From Candidatus Kaiserbacteria bacterium (GTDB lineage Bacteria > Patescibacteriota > Minisyncoccia > Phycocordibacterales > UBA2100), in assembly GCA_016186695.1 (NCBI GenBank), contig JACPLC010000001.1:174706-238705 (forward strand): a stretch of DNA of 64,000 nt, written 5' to 3'. Below, piece by piece: positions 29,300 to 38,553 of the stretch. The translations under genes were made by a program, and so were the position numbers. Below the pieces are notes generated by a model, which ran no database searches, was not told the origin of the DNA, and saw nothing but the letters and a program-made list of their open reading frames with translations. Position 1 is the stretch's first letter, and each line of letters opens with the position of its first letter.

Positions 29300-30352
29300 C
29301 TAGATTTTGATGATTTCCTCCCACGGGCGTCCCGCGACACCGAAGTGCCCGTAGGTGGCGGTCTCACGATAGATAGGGCGGCGCAGGTCGAGCCGCTCAA
29401 TGATGGCCTGCGGCCTGAAATCGAAATTCTTGGTCACGATTTTGGTAAGATTCTTTCCTTTTTCGTCGAACGCTTCGATCATCACGGGCTCGGCGCGACC
29501 GATCGCGTAGGCGACCGATACGAGCGCTTTTTTGGCGTAGCCGTTGGCCACCAAATTCTTTGCGACGAATCGGCACATATATGCCGCAGAACGGTCCACT
29601 TTCATCGGCTCCTTGCCCGAAAAACAACCACCCCCGTGTGGCATAAGCCCTCCGTACGTGTCGACTTGTATCTTCCGCCCGGTAAGTCCCGCATCGGCCT
29701 CGAAGCCGCCCTGCACAAACCTTCCCGTCGGATTTACGAGGATCTCGATGTTTTTTGTCGAGCCGAGCACGGGCGTGAAAAGATGCTTAATGAGTTTCTC
29801 GCGGATTTCTTCCTGCGAGACTTTTTTGTCGTGCTGTGTCGAGCACAGCGCGGTAATTACCTTGCCGTCGGCTATCGTGACCTGGGTCTTACCGTCAGGT
29901 CGTAGCCATTTCAGTGTCCCGTCTCGTCGCAATTTCTCGAGCCTGCGTGCGAGCGCATGCGCGAGGACGACGCCGAGCGGGAGCATCTCTTTTGTTTCGT
30001 CGGTCGCATAACCATACATGATGCCCTGATCGCCGGCGCCTCCCGTATCCACTCCCATGGCGATGTCGGGCGACTGTTGCGCCACCGTCTCGATAATCTT
30101 CAGTTTCTCCTTGTAGCCGATGTCTTTGTACACTTGTGCCGCGATTTTTTTGAAATTTACCTTCGCTTTCGTCTTCACTTCGCCGCCGATCATGAGCGTT
30201 CCGTGGCTTCCGAATACCTCAACACCTGCGCGACTGAAGGGGTCTTGCTTGAGCATCGCATCAAGAATAGCGTCCGATATCTGGTCGCAGGTCTTGTCGG
30301 GATGTCCGCACGTGACGCTTTCTACTGTGTACCTATTCAATAAATGGAACAT
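29300..30352 (-). CDS. metK: S-adenosylmethionine synthetase
   Basis: ESVT.GHPDK; GAGDQG; LRPDGK; GGG.FSGK; KVDRSAAY; YGHFG. Confidence 0.97.
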   Translation of the reverse strand: MFHLLNRYTVESVTCGHPDKTCDQISDAILDAMLKQDPFSRAGVEVFGSHGTLMIGGEVKTKAKVNFKKIAAQVYKDIGYKEKLKIIETVAQQSPDIAMGVDTGGAGDQGIMYGYATDETKEMLPLGVVLAHALARRLEKLRRDGTLKWLRPDGKTQVTIADGKVITALCSTQHDKKVSQEEIREKLIKHLFTPVLGSTKNIEILVNPTGRFVQGGFEADAGLTGRKIQVDTYGGLMPHGGGCFSGKEPMKVDRSAAYMCRFVAKNLVANGYAKKALVSVAYAIGRAEPVMIEAFDEKGKNLTKIVTKNFDFRPQAIIERLDLRRPIYRETATYGHFGVAGRPWEEIIKI

Positions 30353-30394
30353 GTATAAAACCAAATATCTCCCCTACGGGAGATTATTAGTAAG

Positions 30395-30492
30395 TGGTAT
30401 CTTGCCCGTTGGGCCGGATGGAGCACATTACTCTTCTCGAGCACGCTGCTGGTGGGTCGTCGAGCCGGAACTCTACCCACACTCTTGATACG
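30395..30492 (-). promoter_or_regulatory. SAM-I riboswitch upstream of metK
   Basis: Minus strand gtATCAAGAG..AGAG..GGCTC..GA.CC..CAGCA..GTGCT..TCC..aaGATac fits the S-box consensus; downstream hairpin atctccc/gggagat at 30366-30384; context fits. Confidence 0.8.
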
Positions 30493-30588
30493 ATATTCAG
30501 TTGTGCGTTCAGTATATGGTCTCCTTCAAATTACGCAAGAACGCTTCGTTGCCAACGTCTGCTGGGCAATATACAGTAGTCGGATTGC

Positions 30589-31536
30589 ATGAAGAAGATT
30601 GTCACGATAGGAGGAGGCACGGGCAGTTACGTCGTCTTGCGCGGACTTAAGGAGTATCCGTTCTCCATCACCGCGGTCATCTCGATGTTCGATTCCGGCG
30701 GCTCGTCCGGCGTCTTGCGTGATGAATTTGGCATTTTGCCTCCGGGCGATATCAGGCGTGCGCTCGTCGCGCTCTCGGAGGGCACACGGGCGGAGATTCT
30801 CCGTGAGCTTTTCAATTTTCGCTTCGAGAACGGCGGAACGCTAAAGGGGCACAGTTTCGGCAACCTCTTTCTTGCGGCACTCTCTTCTATCTACGGCAGT
30901 GACATAGAGGCAATCAGAAAGGCGTCGGAACTTCTCGATATAAAGGGGAAAGTCTTGCCGGTCTCGCTCGACAATTCCAATCTTCATGCGATTCTCGAGG
31001 ACGGGAGTGAGATCGTCGGCGAGACGAACATCGACGTTCCCAAACACGACGGGAGCCAAAAGATAAAGAAAGTGTTTCTCGATCCTCCCGCGCGACTTTT
31101 TGAGGAGACTGCCGAAGCGATCATGGAAGCCGACACGATCGTCATAGGCCCCGGGGATCCGTATACCTCTGTCATTCCCAACCTGCTCGTGGGTGGCATG
31201 AAAGAGGCAATAGTAAAAAGTAAGGCAAAAAAAGTATTTGTATGCAACCTGCTTTCGAAGTGGGGAGAAACCCACGATAACGTTGCTTCCGACATCGCGC
31301 AGTCGGTGCTTTCATATAGCGGTCTTCCGAAATTCGACTATGCCATCTGCAACACCGCTGCTATGGAGCCGAAGCTTGTTGCCGCATATGAAAAGGAGAA
31401 GAAGTATCCTATCCATTGCGACGACAAACTCTCCGAGTACACGACGAAGGTCATCACGGGCGACTTTTTCTCCGAAGCCGACATAGCGCGCCACGATTCC
31501 GCAAAAATTGCAAAAACCATATCGGAGTTACAATAG
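30589..31536 (+). CDS. yvcK: YvcK/GlmR (UDP-GlcNAc-binding, CofD-like) protein
   Basis: IGGGTG; DSGGSSG.LR; PPGDIR; GHSFGNL; GPG..YTS.IPNL; RHD. Confidence 0.93.
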   Translation: MKKIVTIGGGTGSYVVLRGLKEYPFSITAVISMFDSGGSSGVLRDEFGILPPGDIRRALVALSEGTRAEILRELFNFRFENGGTLKGHSFGNLFLAALSSIYGSDIEAIRKASELLDIKGKVLPVSLDNSNLHAILEDGSEIVGETNIDVPKHDGSQKIKKVFLDPPARLFEETAEAIMEADTIVIGPGDPYTSVIPNLLVGGMKEAIVKSKAKKVFVCNLLSKWGETHDNVASDIAQSVLSYSGLPKFDYAICNTAAMEPKLVAAYEKEKKYPIHCDDKLSEYTTKVITGDFFSEADIARHDSAKIAKTISELQ

Positions 31537-31540
31537 CAGT

Positions 31541-31993
31541 ATGCAAATCAAACTCGTGATAGCAATTGTCGTCCTTTTCATCGTCGTCGTACTCGGTGCT
31601 GTGCTCATCGCGACACCAACTCCCGCGCTTTCTCCCACGCTGACTCCTAGCGGCAGCGATGCAGAACCCTTTGTTTCCGAGAACGTGATTGTGACGGAAC
31701 CGCTCCCAGGTGGTTCGGTGCACAAAACCTTTACCGTACGAGGAGAGGCGCGCGGTACATGGTACTTCGAGGCATCGTTCCCGATCAAAATCCAAGATCC
31801 GAGCAACAACCAAGTGGGCCTCGGAATCGCACAGGCTGAGAGTGATTGGATGACGACGGAGTTCGTTCCGTTCCGCGCCGCCGTCACCGTTGAGAACTAT
31901 TCGGGTCCTGCGACGCTCGTTCTTGTCAAAGACAATCCGTCCGGTCTTCCGGAGAATGACGATGCCGTGGAATTTCCTATCGTGATACAGTAG
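31541..31993 (+). CDS. Gmad2-type Ig-like domain lipoprotein or membrane protein
   Basis: VRGEARGTWYFEASFP; DWMTTEFVPF; KDNPSGLPEND. Confidence 0.75.
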   Translation: MQIKLVIAIVVLFIVVVLGAVLIATPTPALSPTLTPSGSDAEPFVSENVIVTEPLPGGSVHKTFTVRGEARGTWYFEASFPIKIQDPSNNQVGLGIAQAESDWMTTEFVPFRAAVTVENYSGPATLVLVKDNPSGLPENDDAVEFPIVIQ

Positions 31994-31997
31994 AAAG

Positions 31998-32321
31998 ATG
32001 GAGAAAAATTCTGGCGAGGAATCTGTTCAAGATCAGATTTTTCGGCGCGAATTGGGTGATTTTGTTCACCTCTGTAATGAATACTGGGGAAAAAAGTTTG
32101 CAGTACTTCAAGCAAATCGCGATAAGGGGACTGAGGGTGACGAAGTATCGGCGGCTCGGGCGAAGCGCTTCGATAGAGAATATGCTGAATTCAAAGCAGA
32201 TCACATCGCCCTGCTGGGATTATTCAATAGATCAAGTTTCCGACGATTGACTGCCGATACAAAAGAAGAATATGAACGCCTAAAGCGGGGGTTGGAAAAT
32301 TTCATGCAAGGGCACCCATGA
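31998..32321 (+). CDS. Hypothetical protein
   Basis: ORF fills the gap in a same-strand gene run; no motif recognised. Confidence 0.5.
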   Translation: MEKNSGEESVQDQIFRRELGDFVHLCNEYWGKKFAVLQANRDKGTEGDEVSAARAKRFDREYAEFKADHIALLGLFNRSSFRRLTADTKEEYERLKRGLENFMQGHP

Positions 32322-32322
32322 T

Positions 32323-32988
32323 ATGTTAACCAGTTCGAAACTATTGCAGCGCCAAGCGCGTGCGCGAAGAATCCTCGCCTACCTCAAAAAGACATACCCA
32401 AAACCAAAGAGTGAGTTGAAGTACAAAACACCATTTCAGTTTGTCGTGTCGGTGGTTCTTTCAGCGCAATGCACCGATAAGGTCGTAAATCGTGTTACAG
32501 AGCCGCTCTACAAGAAGTACAAGACTGCACACGACTTTGCGAAGGCTAAACCGCACGTCTTTGAGAAAGAGATCTCGTCCGTCCCATTTTTCAGGAACAA
32601 AGCTAAAGCGATACGTTCGGCAGCGAAGGACATTGTGAAAGATTTCGGCGGGCGCATTCCCCGCACTGCTGGGGAACTGCAGGCATTGCACGGCGTGGGA
32701 TACAAAACGGCGCACGTCATCCTCGGCGAACTTTTTGGTATTTGGGAAGGCATTCCTACGGACACCCATGTAAAACGCTTCGCACGCCGCTTCGATCTAT
32801 CCACTCACACCGACCTCAAAAAGATTTCACACGATCTCGAAGCACTCGTTTCAAAAAAGGACTGGAAGTATGTCAATAATGGCCTCGTGCTCTATGGCCG
32901 CTACGTCTGTTCTGCGCGAAAGCACGATTGTTCAAAGCATCCCTTAACTAAACTCTGGCCGCCGGCTGCCATTCGTTGGCCGAAGTGA
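32323..32988 (+). CDS. nth: Endonuclease III (HhH-GPD) with degenerate Fe-S motif
   Basis: LSAQCTDK.VN; L.GVG.KTA; DTHV.R. Confidence 0.92.
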   Translation: MLTSSKLLQRQARARRILAYLKKTYPKPKSELKYKTPFQFVVSVVLSAQCTDKVVNRVTEPLYKKYKTAHDFAKAKPHVFEKEISSVPFFRNKAKAIRSAAKDIVKDFGGRIPRTAGELQALHGVGYKTAHVILGELFGIWEGIPTDTHVKRFARRFDLSTHTDLKKISHDLEALVSKKDWKYVNNGLVLYGRYVCSARKHDCSKHPLTKLWPPAAIRWPK

Positions 32989-33010
32989 ATCTTTTCTAGT
33001 TTCAGCGAGT

Positions 33011-33108
33011 CGGGTATATGCAGCTTTGGAGTCTTCGCGCAGGCCGACGGGCCGAGCGGGAGTGATTTTTCAGCAGAAAAATACGCGACTCCAAACTGCA
33101 TATGCCCG
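33011..33108. repeat. Structured intergenic repeat, copy 1
   Basis: Outer stem gggtatatgcag/ctgcatatgccc; core shared in reverse complement with 62733-62825. Confidence 0.75.
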
Positions 33109-33114
33109 CGAGCG

Positions 33115-35487
33115 TCAATATCCTTTGTTTTTGATGAGTGTTTCGAGCAATTCGCGAGGATATATCGGCGAATTTTCTGAGAGGGCTTGATGGTAGAGCA
33201 CGGTCGAAGGCGTGAGACCGGGGAGGGTATTCACTTCAATAATGAGGAGTTCGCCGGTGCGGATGTGCGCGAAGGCATCGATACGCGAATATCCCTCTAT
33301 GCCGATCTCTTTGGCGAATGTTTCGACGCGCCGACGTATTTTTTCAACGATGGCCGGCTTCATAACCGAGGGTGGTGGAGGGGTCAGATTTATGCCGGTC
33401 CCGCCCTGAAACTTCTCCTCTACCGAGAGCACCTCGCCTTCGGCGATGGTTATTGAAGGGTTGAGCGCATGGATGCGGCGATCCTGTTCAATGACGCCAA
33501 TGGTTATCTCAACGAAACCCGTCTTCTTTGTGTGTTTAAGCGCGTTATTCCGCACGCGGAGGATGTCCGTTTCCACAAACGCTTCAAACAGCAAAAACTC
33601 CGGCGGCTCGGGCGGCATCTCGATGATCCCGGCCTGACCTTTAAACGTGAGCGGCGCTGCGTGCGGTGCTTTTTCACGAAGAAGTGTCAGGTATGCGCGG
33701 AGATCACTGGCCGAATACAAGTGGACGACGCCGGTGGAGCATCCGTCGCTCCGTGGCTTCACGACGAGCGAGCGCGCGGCGAGTGATTTTTTCGTCCCAT
33801 TCCAGAACTTTCCGAGACCGGTGTCGTTCATCTGAAGAAGGGTTTTTGTGGCGGCGATCGTTCCTACGGTCGCTGATACTCCCTCGATATTCGCGCGCCG
33901 GATGTGCTCGGCGGTTGCCCATTTGTCCATGCAGAGTTTCGAGGTGCGCGCTTCCGGTCCGTTGAAGCGTATGTGCCTCTGCGCAAGCTTCATCTGGAGC
34001 GTGCCATCCTCGCCTTTGCCTCCGTGAAGCGCATTGAAAAGAAATGCGCGCTCATTCAATAGCTCATCGAGCGACATCTTCTGCGGCTCAAAGAATTCGC
34101 GCGGATCTTTTTTTGCCGAGAAACCGAGATGCAGTCGCGCGCGCTCTTCGTAGAGCGCAAGTCGTTCTTTTGCCGCTTCGTAGTTCCTGCAATTTTCGGC
34201 AATCTCTTCGACCGTATGGTTCAGCGTAAGATGGTAGGGAAGTTTCCACACGGTCTCCCCGTCGGTGTCCAAAAGAAACGGGCGAGGTTCGTATAGCTTT
34301 GAGTTGCGCAGTTTGAGCCACACATTAGTGCCGCTCATTAAGGAGACCTGCCGCTCGGAAGTTCCGCCGCCGAAGAGGACCGAGACAGGTTTTCGCTTGA
34401 TGTGTTCGGCCGCAGAGTCGTTTGTCGGAAGACTTAACGAATAGCGCCTGCGGGCGCTTTCGAGAATGTAGCGTAGAGCATCGTGGTGGGTGAGACCTAC
34501 CCGAGCGCTCTGCTGGAAAAGAAAGCTGTTTTGCTCCATGCCCGAGACGATGTTGAAGTCGGAAAACCATATGTCGCCCGAGGGCAGGATCCATCCATCG
34601 AATCGCGCGAAGTCGCGCATGCCGAACAGCGCAAAGAGCTGTTCGGCATGCGCCTGAATGCGCTCGATCGAAAAATCGTCAAAGCGAGGTGGGCTGTGAT
34701 AGGTAACGTGGCGCGTCGGCAGATATTTCTTTCTGAAATCGAATATCTGGTGCTCGGTGTAGTCAGTCTCGATCTCCGTCGGCGGGAGTGCAACGGGGAT
34801 GCCGAATCGATTTTGCAGGATGATAACCGTAAATTCGCGTCCTTCGGCGAATTGCTCGATGACCACGCGCGTGTCCATTCGCTTTGAAAATATAAGGTCG
34901 GCTTTTTCTATTGCTTCTTCGGGTGTGGAAACGGAAAAAACGCCGATGGAAGAGCCGCCGCTGGCGGGTTTCACGATGGCGCGTTTGATACTGTACTTTT
35001 TGAAGAAATCGCGTGCGATCGCGAGGTGGTCCTTCGCATAAATTTTCAAAAGCGCCGATGGCATTGTAAAGAAGCCTTTTTCCTGTATGAATTGATTGCT
35101 TATGAACTTGTCGAACGCCTCTCTGCAGCTTTTTGAGCCGGAGCCAACAAAGGGGATATCGTACTTTTCAAGGAACTGCTGAATTTTGCCATCTTCGCCG
35201 TATGGCCCATGCATGACAGGAAACACAATGTCGGTCTTTTTCAGCGCACGAACGAACTGTTTTGTCGTGAGCGGAGCCGAGGCGTTCTTCAACTTGAAAT
35301 CAAAGTCAGAGGGCGTGTTGCTGTAAAGTTGCCCCGTGGAAATGTGATAGGCGTTTTTCTTTTGGTCGAGATAGAACGGCACGATTTCGATTCCGTCAGA
35401 ACTCAAATGGTCGAGGACTGAACGCGCGGAATTGAGGGATATACCCCGTTCAAGGGAAGGGCCGCCGCATATGAGTCCGATTTTCAT
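33115..35487 (-). CDS. ddl: D-alanine-D-alanine ligase with two tandem Ddl-like modules
   Basis: ICGGPSLERGISLNS..HGPYGEDG..SSIG and a second FGGGTSERQVSLMS..HGGKGEDG..EVNTLPGLT. Confidence 0.88.
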   Translation of the reverse strand: MKIGLICGGPSLERGISLNSARSVLDHLSSDGIEIVPFYLDQKKNAYHISTGQLYSNTPSDFDFKLKNASAPLTTKQFVRALKKTDIVFPVMHGPYGEDGKIQQFLEKYDIPFVGSGSKSCREAFDKFISNQFIQEKGFFTMPSALLKIYAKDHLAIARDFFKKYSIKRAIVKPASGGSSIGVFSVSTPEEAIEKADLIFSKRMDTRVVIEQFAEGREFTVIILQNRFGIPVALPPTEIETDYTEHQIFDFRKKYLPTRHVTYHSPPRFDDFSIERIQAHAEQLFALFGMRDFARFDGWILPSGDIWFSDFNIVSGMEQNSFLFQQSARVGLTHHDALRYILESARRRYSLSLPTNDSAAEHIKRKPVSVLFGGGTSERQVSLMSGTNVWLKLRNSKLYEPRPFLLDTDGETVWKLPYHLTLNHTVEEIAENCRNYEAAKERLALYEERARLHLGFSAKKDPREFFEPQKMSLDELLNERAFLFNALHGGKGEDGTLQMKLAQRHIRFNGPEARTSKLCMDKWATAEHIRRANIEGVSATVGTIAATKTLLQMNDTGLGKFWNGTKKSLAARSLVVKPRSDGCSTGVVHLYSASDLRAYLTLLREKAPHAAPLTFKGQAGIIEMPPEPPEFLLFEAFVETDILRVRNNALKHTKKTGFVEITIGVIEQDRRIHALNPSITIAEGEVLSVEEKFQGGTGINLTPPPPSVMKPAIVEKIRRRVETFAKEIGIEGYSRIDAFAHIRTGELLIIEVNTLPGLTPSTVLYHQALSENSPIYPRELLETLIKNKGY

Positions 35488-35636
35488 GTTTTTTGCAATA
35501 GTTATATGGTGTAATAGTCTTTATTTTGAGCCATGAAATTGCATCCAGCCTCCGTACACAGATCAAAGATAACACCTCTTGCACGAAAGGTATAGTACGT
35601 ATCCCCAGTGGCAGCCGCTCTGGTAGGATAAGGAGC

Positions 35637-36353
35637 GTGGCAAACAGGAAGCGAGTTTACCCTGAGCGAAGTCGAAGGGTAGCGGTATTTGATGTCGACG
35701 GTACAATGTTTCGCTCGAGCCTTTTGATACAGCTCGTCGGAAGGTTGATCGAGGATGGCGTGTTTCCGAAGGAGGCACGAAGTGTCTACGAGAGAGACTA
35801 CGAAAAGTGGCTCAATCGCGAGGGGGACTATCAGGAATACATCAACGCCGTTGTTCAGGCATTCAATAAATATCTCAAAGGTGTGCACTACGGTGCGCTT
35901 GCGGATGCCGCAGAAGAGATCGTCGAGGAACAGTGGAAACGAGTCTACCGCTACACGCGCGATCTCATTAAAGATCTAAAGAAGCGCGACTACTATCTTC
36001 TCGCCGTCTCGCATTCTCCAAAAACGGTGCTCGACAAATTTTGTCCGCGTATGGGTTTCGACAAAGCGTATGGCATCGTCTATGAGATAGGCCCGCAGGA
36101 ACTCTTTACAGGCAAAATGCTGGAAGAGCATCTCATTCTCAACAAGGCCGCGATCTTGAAACGCGCTGTCGATAAAGAAAATCTCACGCTCGAACATTCA
36201 ATCGGTGTCGGCGATACCGAAACCGACATCTCGTTTTTGGAAATGGTTGCCGAACCGATTTGTTTTAATCCCAACATGAAACTCTACACGTACGCGAAGC
36301 GGATGAAGTGGAAAGTGGTGGTCGAGCGGAAGGATGTAATATACGAGATATGA
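35637..36353 (+). CDS. HAD-IB family phosphatase
   Basis: GTG start after TAGGAT/AGGAG; FDVDGT; GVGDTETD; FNPN. Confidence 0.85.
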   Translation: MANRKRVYPERSRRVAVFDVDGTMFRSSLLIQLVGRLIEDGVFPKEARSVYERDYEKWLNREGDYQEYINAVVQAFNKYLKGVHYGALADAAEEIVEEQWKRVYRYTRDLIKDLKKRDYYLLAVSHSPKTVLDKFCPRMGFDKAYGIVYEIGPQELFTGKMLEEHLILNKAAILKRAVDKENLTLEHSIGVGDTETDISFLEMVAEPICFNPNMKLYTYAKRMKWKVVVERKDVIYEI

Positions 36354-37405
36354 AATTCGAGCAAACGCCGCGGCGAGAAGCACCGAAAGGCGGCAGAGAG
36401 GGGTTTGACGCGGACACGGAAAACAAGCGCGTCGCGTTCTTAGAAGATGCCGCGAAAAAATATTTAGAAGAAGATGTTGTTACTGTCGAATGGGTGGAAA
36501 ATATATTGGAGAAGGTCGATTTCAAGGAGGTGCGAAATATCTTCGCAGAGCATGCCCGCCACGCTGGTGTACCTGATGAAAAACTTAACTTTGTATGGCC
36601 GGATAGATTTTTTGTCCTGTCTGACGAACATGCCTCATCTACATTTCTATACGATCCGTTCGCAAACGCTGTGGTAATAAGTGGTAGCTTATTCAGATCT
36701 CAACTTGAGTCCAAGCAAGATGACGAGAACATCGCGCAGTACTTTCTCTTCGGTTTGTTTCATGAACTGGCACACATCACTGCGGAAAATCGGTTGCAGA
36801 TCACCGACGAAAAGCAAGGAGAACATTCAAAAATGCTGAACTACGCCGACGTGGGGATTATCTGTCGGTCCGGATTTAATAAGATTAATGTCTCTGATCG
36901 AGCAGCTTCCTTCGTAATGTTTGAAGAGGCAATTACGCAGGCAGTGGCAACAGAAGTTGGGAGGGAATATCTGAGGCGTCGTCCGCTAGATGTATTCGAC
37001 AATCGAATTTCCAGCACAAAATACGACGAATTCTGCAAAAGCGGGGTCGAGCGAAAAATGCCGCGAGTACTTGCCGGCCAAATGAGACATTTCCGTGCCG
37101 CACAGGGTTTTTTTGAACGGTTATCTGAACACGTAGCGAAAGAGTGCGGAGTCCCTAAGGATATCGCGAACCGTGCGTTTATAGCAGCGCATTATTCGGG
37201 ATCCGACCTTACTCCCGAACTGCGCGAACTCATTGACGGTATTGTCGGGCAAGGATTTATCGAACGTCTGGCTGGCGCGCAGACAAAGTCGGATTTTGAA
37301 CACATAGCGCGGACATATAAGTTCGCCCCCATCAGCGATTCCATGAGTAAGAAGGTCCTCAGATTCTTTGGATTTGCGCTCGAAAGCAATGAAAAAAACA
37401 GATGA
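36350..37405 (+). CDS. Hypothetical protein with HExxH metallopeptidase motif
   Basis: LFHELAH followed by FEEAIT; ATGA overlap with the upstream gene. Confidence 0.6.
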   Translation: MKFEQTPRREAPKGGREGFDADTENKRVAFLEDAAKKYLEEDVVTVEWVENILEKVDFKEVRNIFAEHARHAGVPDEKLNFVWPDRFFVLSDEHASSTFLYDPFANAVVISGSLFRSQLESKQDDENIAQYFLFGLFHELAHITAENRLQITDEKQGEHSKMLNYADVGIICRSGFNKINVSDRAASFVMFEEAITQAVATEVGREYLRRRPLDVFDNRISSTKYDEFCKSGVERKMPRVLAGQMRHFRAAQGFFERLSEHVAKECGVPKDIANRAFIAAHYSGSDLTPELRELIDGIVGQGFIERLAGAQTKSDFEHIARTYKFAPISDSMSKKVLRFFGFALESNEKNR

Positions 37406-38225
37406 TCGATCAAATATACGGACGTTTCGCACTTCCGTTTTAAAGCATTGGCGCGAATACGGGCGGCACGATTTGCCGTGGCGGCAGACGAATGATCCGT
37501 ACAAAATTCTTGTTTCGGAAGTGATGCTTCAGCAGACGCAGGTGCATCGCGTCGTTCCGAAGTACAAGGAATTTTTGAAAACGTTCCCGACGGTCCGTCA
37601 TTTGGCAAGGTCTCACCTTGCCGATGTTTTGAGGGCTTGGAGCGGACTCGGGTACAACAGGCGGGCAAAATTCCTTCGTGATGCTGCGGTGCAGATCGTC
37701 GAAAAACTCGGCGGCAAGATCCCGCGTGACTACGAAACACTTCGTGCACTCCCGGGCATTGGCGATTACACAGCGAGAGCTATCCGTGTCTTTGTTTTCA
37801 ACGAGCCCGACATCCTCATCGAAACCAATATCCGCACAGCTTTCATTCATCATTTCTATTCTAGTATTTTGCAAAATACTGCAATAGCGGATGCCGATAT
37901 TTTTGCTTTGGCGAGTCAGACGGGGGAGGGGCAGGATCCGAGAGAATGGCACTGGGCGCTCATGGATTATGGAGCGTATCTCAAGCGCTCCGGTGTGCGC
38001 ACCAATCACCGAAGCGCACATTATGCGAAGCAATCGAAATTCGAGGGAAGTTTACGGCAGGTGCGGGGACAGGTTCTCCGCAATCTAATGAAAGGGGCGA
38101 AGGGGAAGAAAGGGGAGAAATGGGTAGAAGCGCTCGCTTCGCTCGTGCAAGATGGACTCGTCGTTGAGCAAAAAGGGTCCACCCGAGGCGGATCGGCCTT
38201 GGGCCGAAAGTGGCGCATTGCATAA
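37389..38225 (+). CDS. mutY: A/G-specific adenine glycosylase (short MutY without Fe-S motif)
   Basis: LPWR..PYKILVSEVMLQQTQV; W.GLGYNRRA; LPGIGDYTA; ETNIR. Confidence 0.9.
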   Translation: MKKTDDRSNIRTFRTSVLKHWREYGRHDLPWRQTNDPYKILVSEVMLQQTQVHRVVPKYKEFLKTFPTVRHLARSHLADVLRAWSGLGYNRRAKFLRDAAVQIVEKLGGKIPRDYETLRALPGIGDYTARAIRVFVFNEPDILIETNIRTAFIHHFYSSILQNTAIADADIFALASQTGEGQDPREWHWALMDYGAYLKRSGVRTNHRSAHYAKQSKFEGSLRQVRGQVLRNLMKGAKGKKGEKWVEALASLVQDGLVVEQKGSTRGGSALGRKWRIA

Positions 38226-38278
38226 AAGACAAGGCGGCAAGGTTGTTGCCACCTTGTTGTTTCCGCCCCGTTGGATTA

Positions 38279-38479
38279 TCAGCCTTGCTGACAGAACCAT
38301 TGTGGTACGGCTTGGAGCGCGTCGACGACGTTTCGTACGTTACCATAACAGATCACTGTCGGTAACATAGCGAAGGCCGCAAATAAGACAACCGCTGTGA
38401 CGAGACCGATAATAAAGCCGAAACTCGACGGCTTTGGAATGAGCCAACAAAGAGTGAAGGCAAAGATCGCAGCAAGCAT
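38279..38479 (-). CDS. Small two-TM membrane protein
   Basis: Strong RBS (gaggggaaagga) before the ATG; two hydrophobic segments. Confidence 0.45.
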   Translation of the reverse strand: MLAAIFAFTLCWLIPKPSSFGFIIGLVTAVVLFAAFAMLPTVICYGNVRNVVDALQAVPQWFCQQG

Positions 38480-38553
38480 GACGTTTCCTTTCCCCTCTGC
38501 TTGAGGGCTGGTAGCAAGCTGTACCGCGAGTAAATAACGTCTGTGACCCAAAG

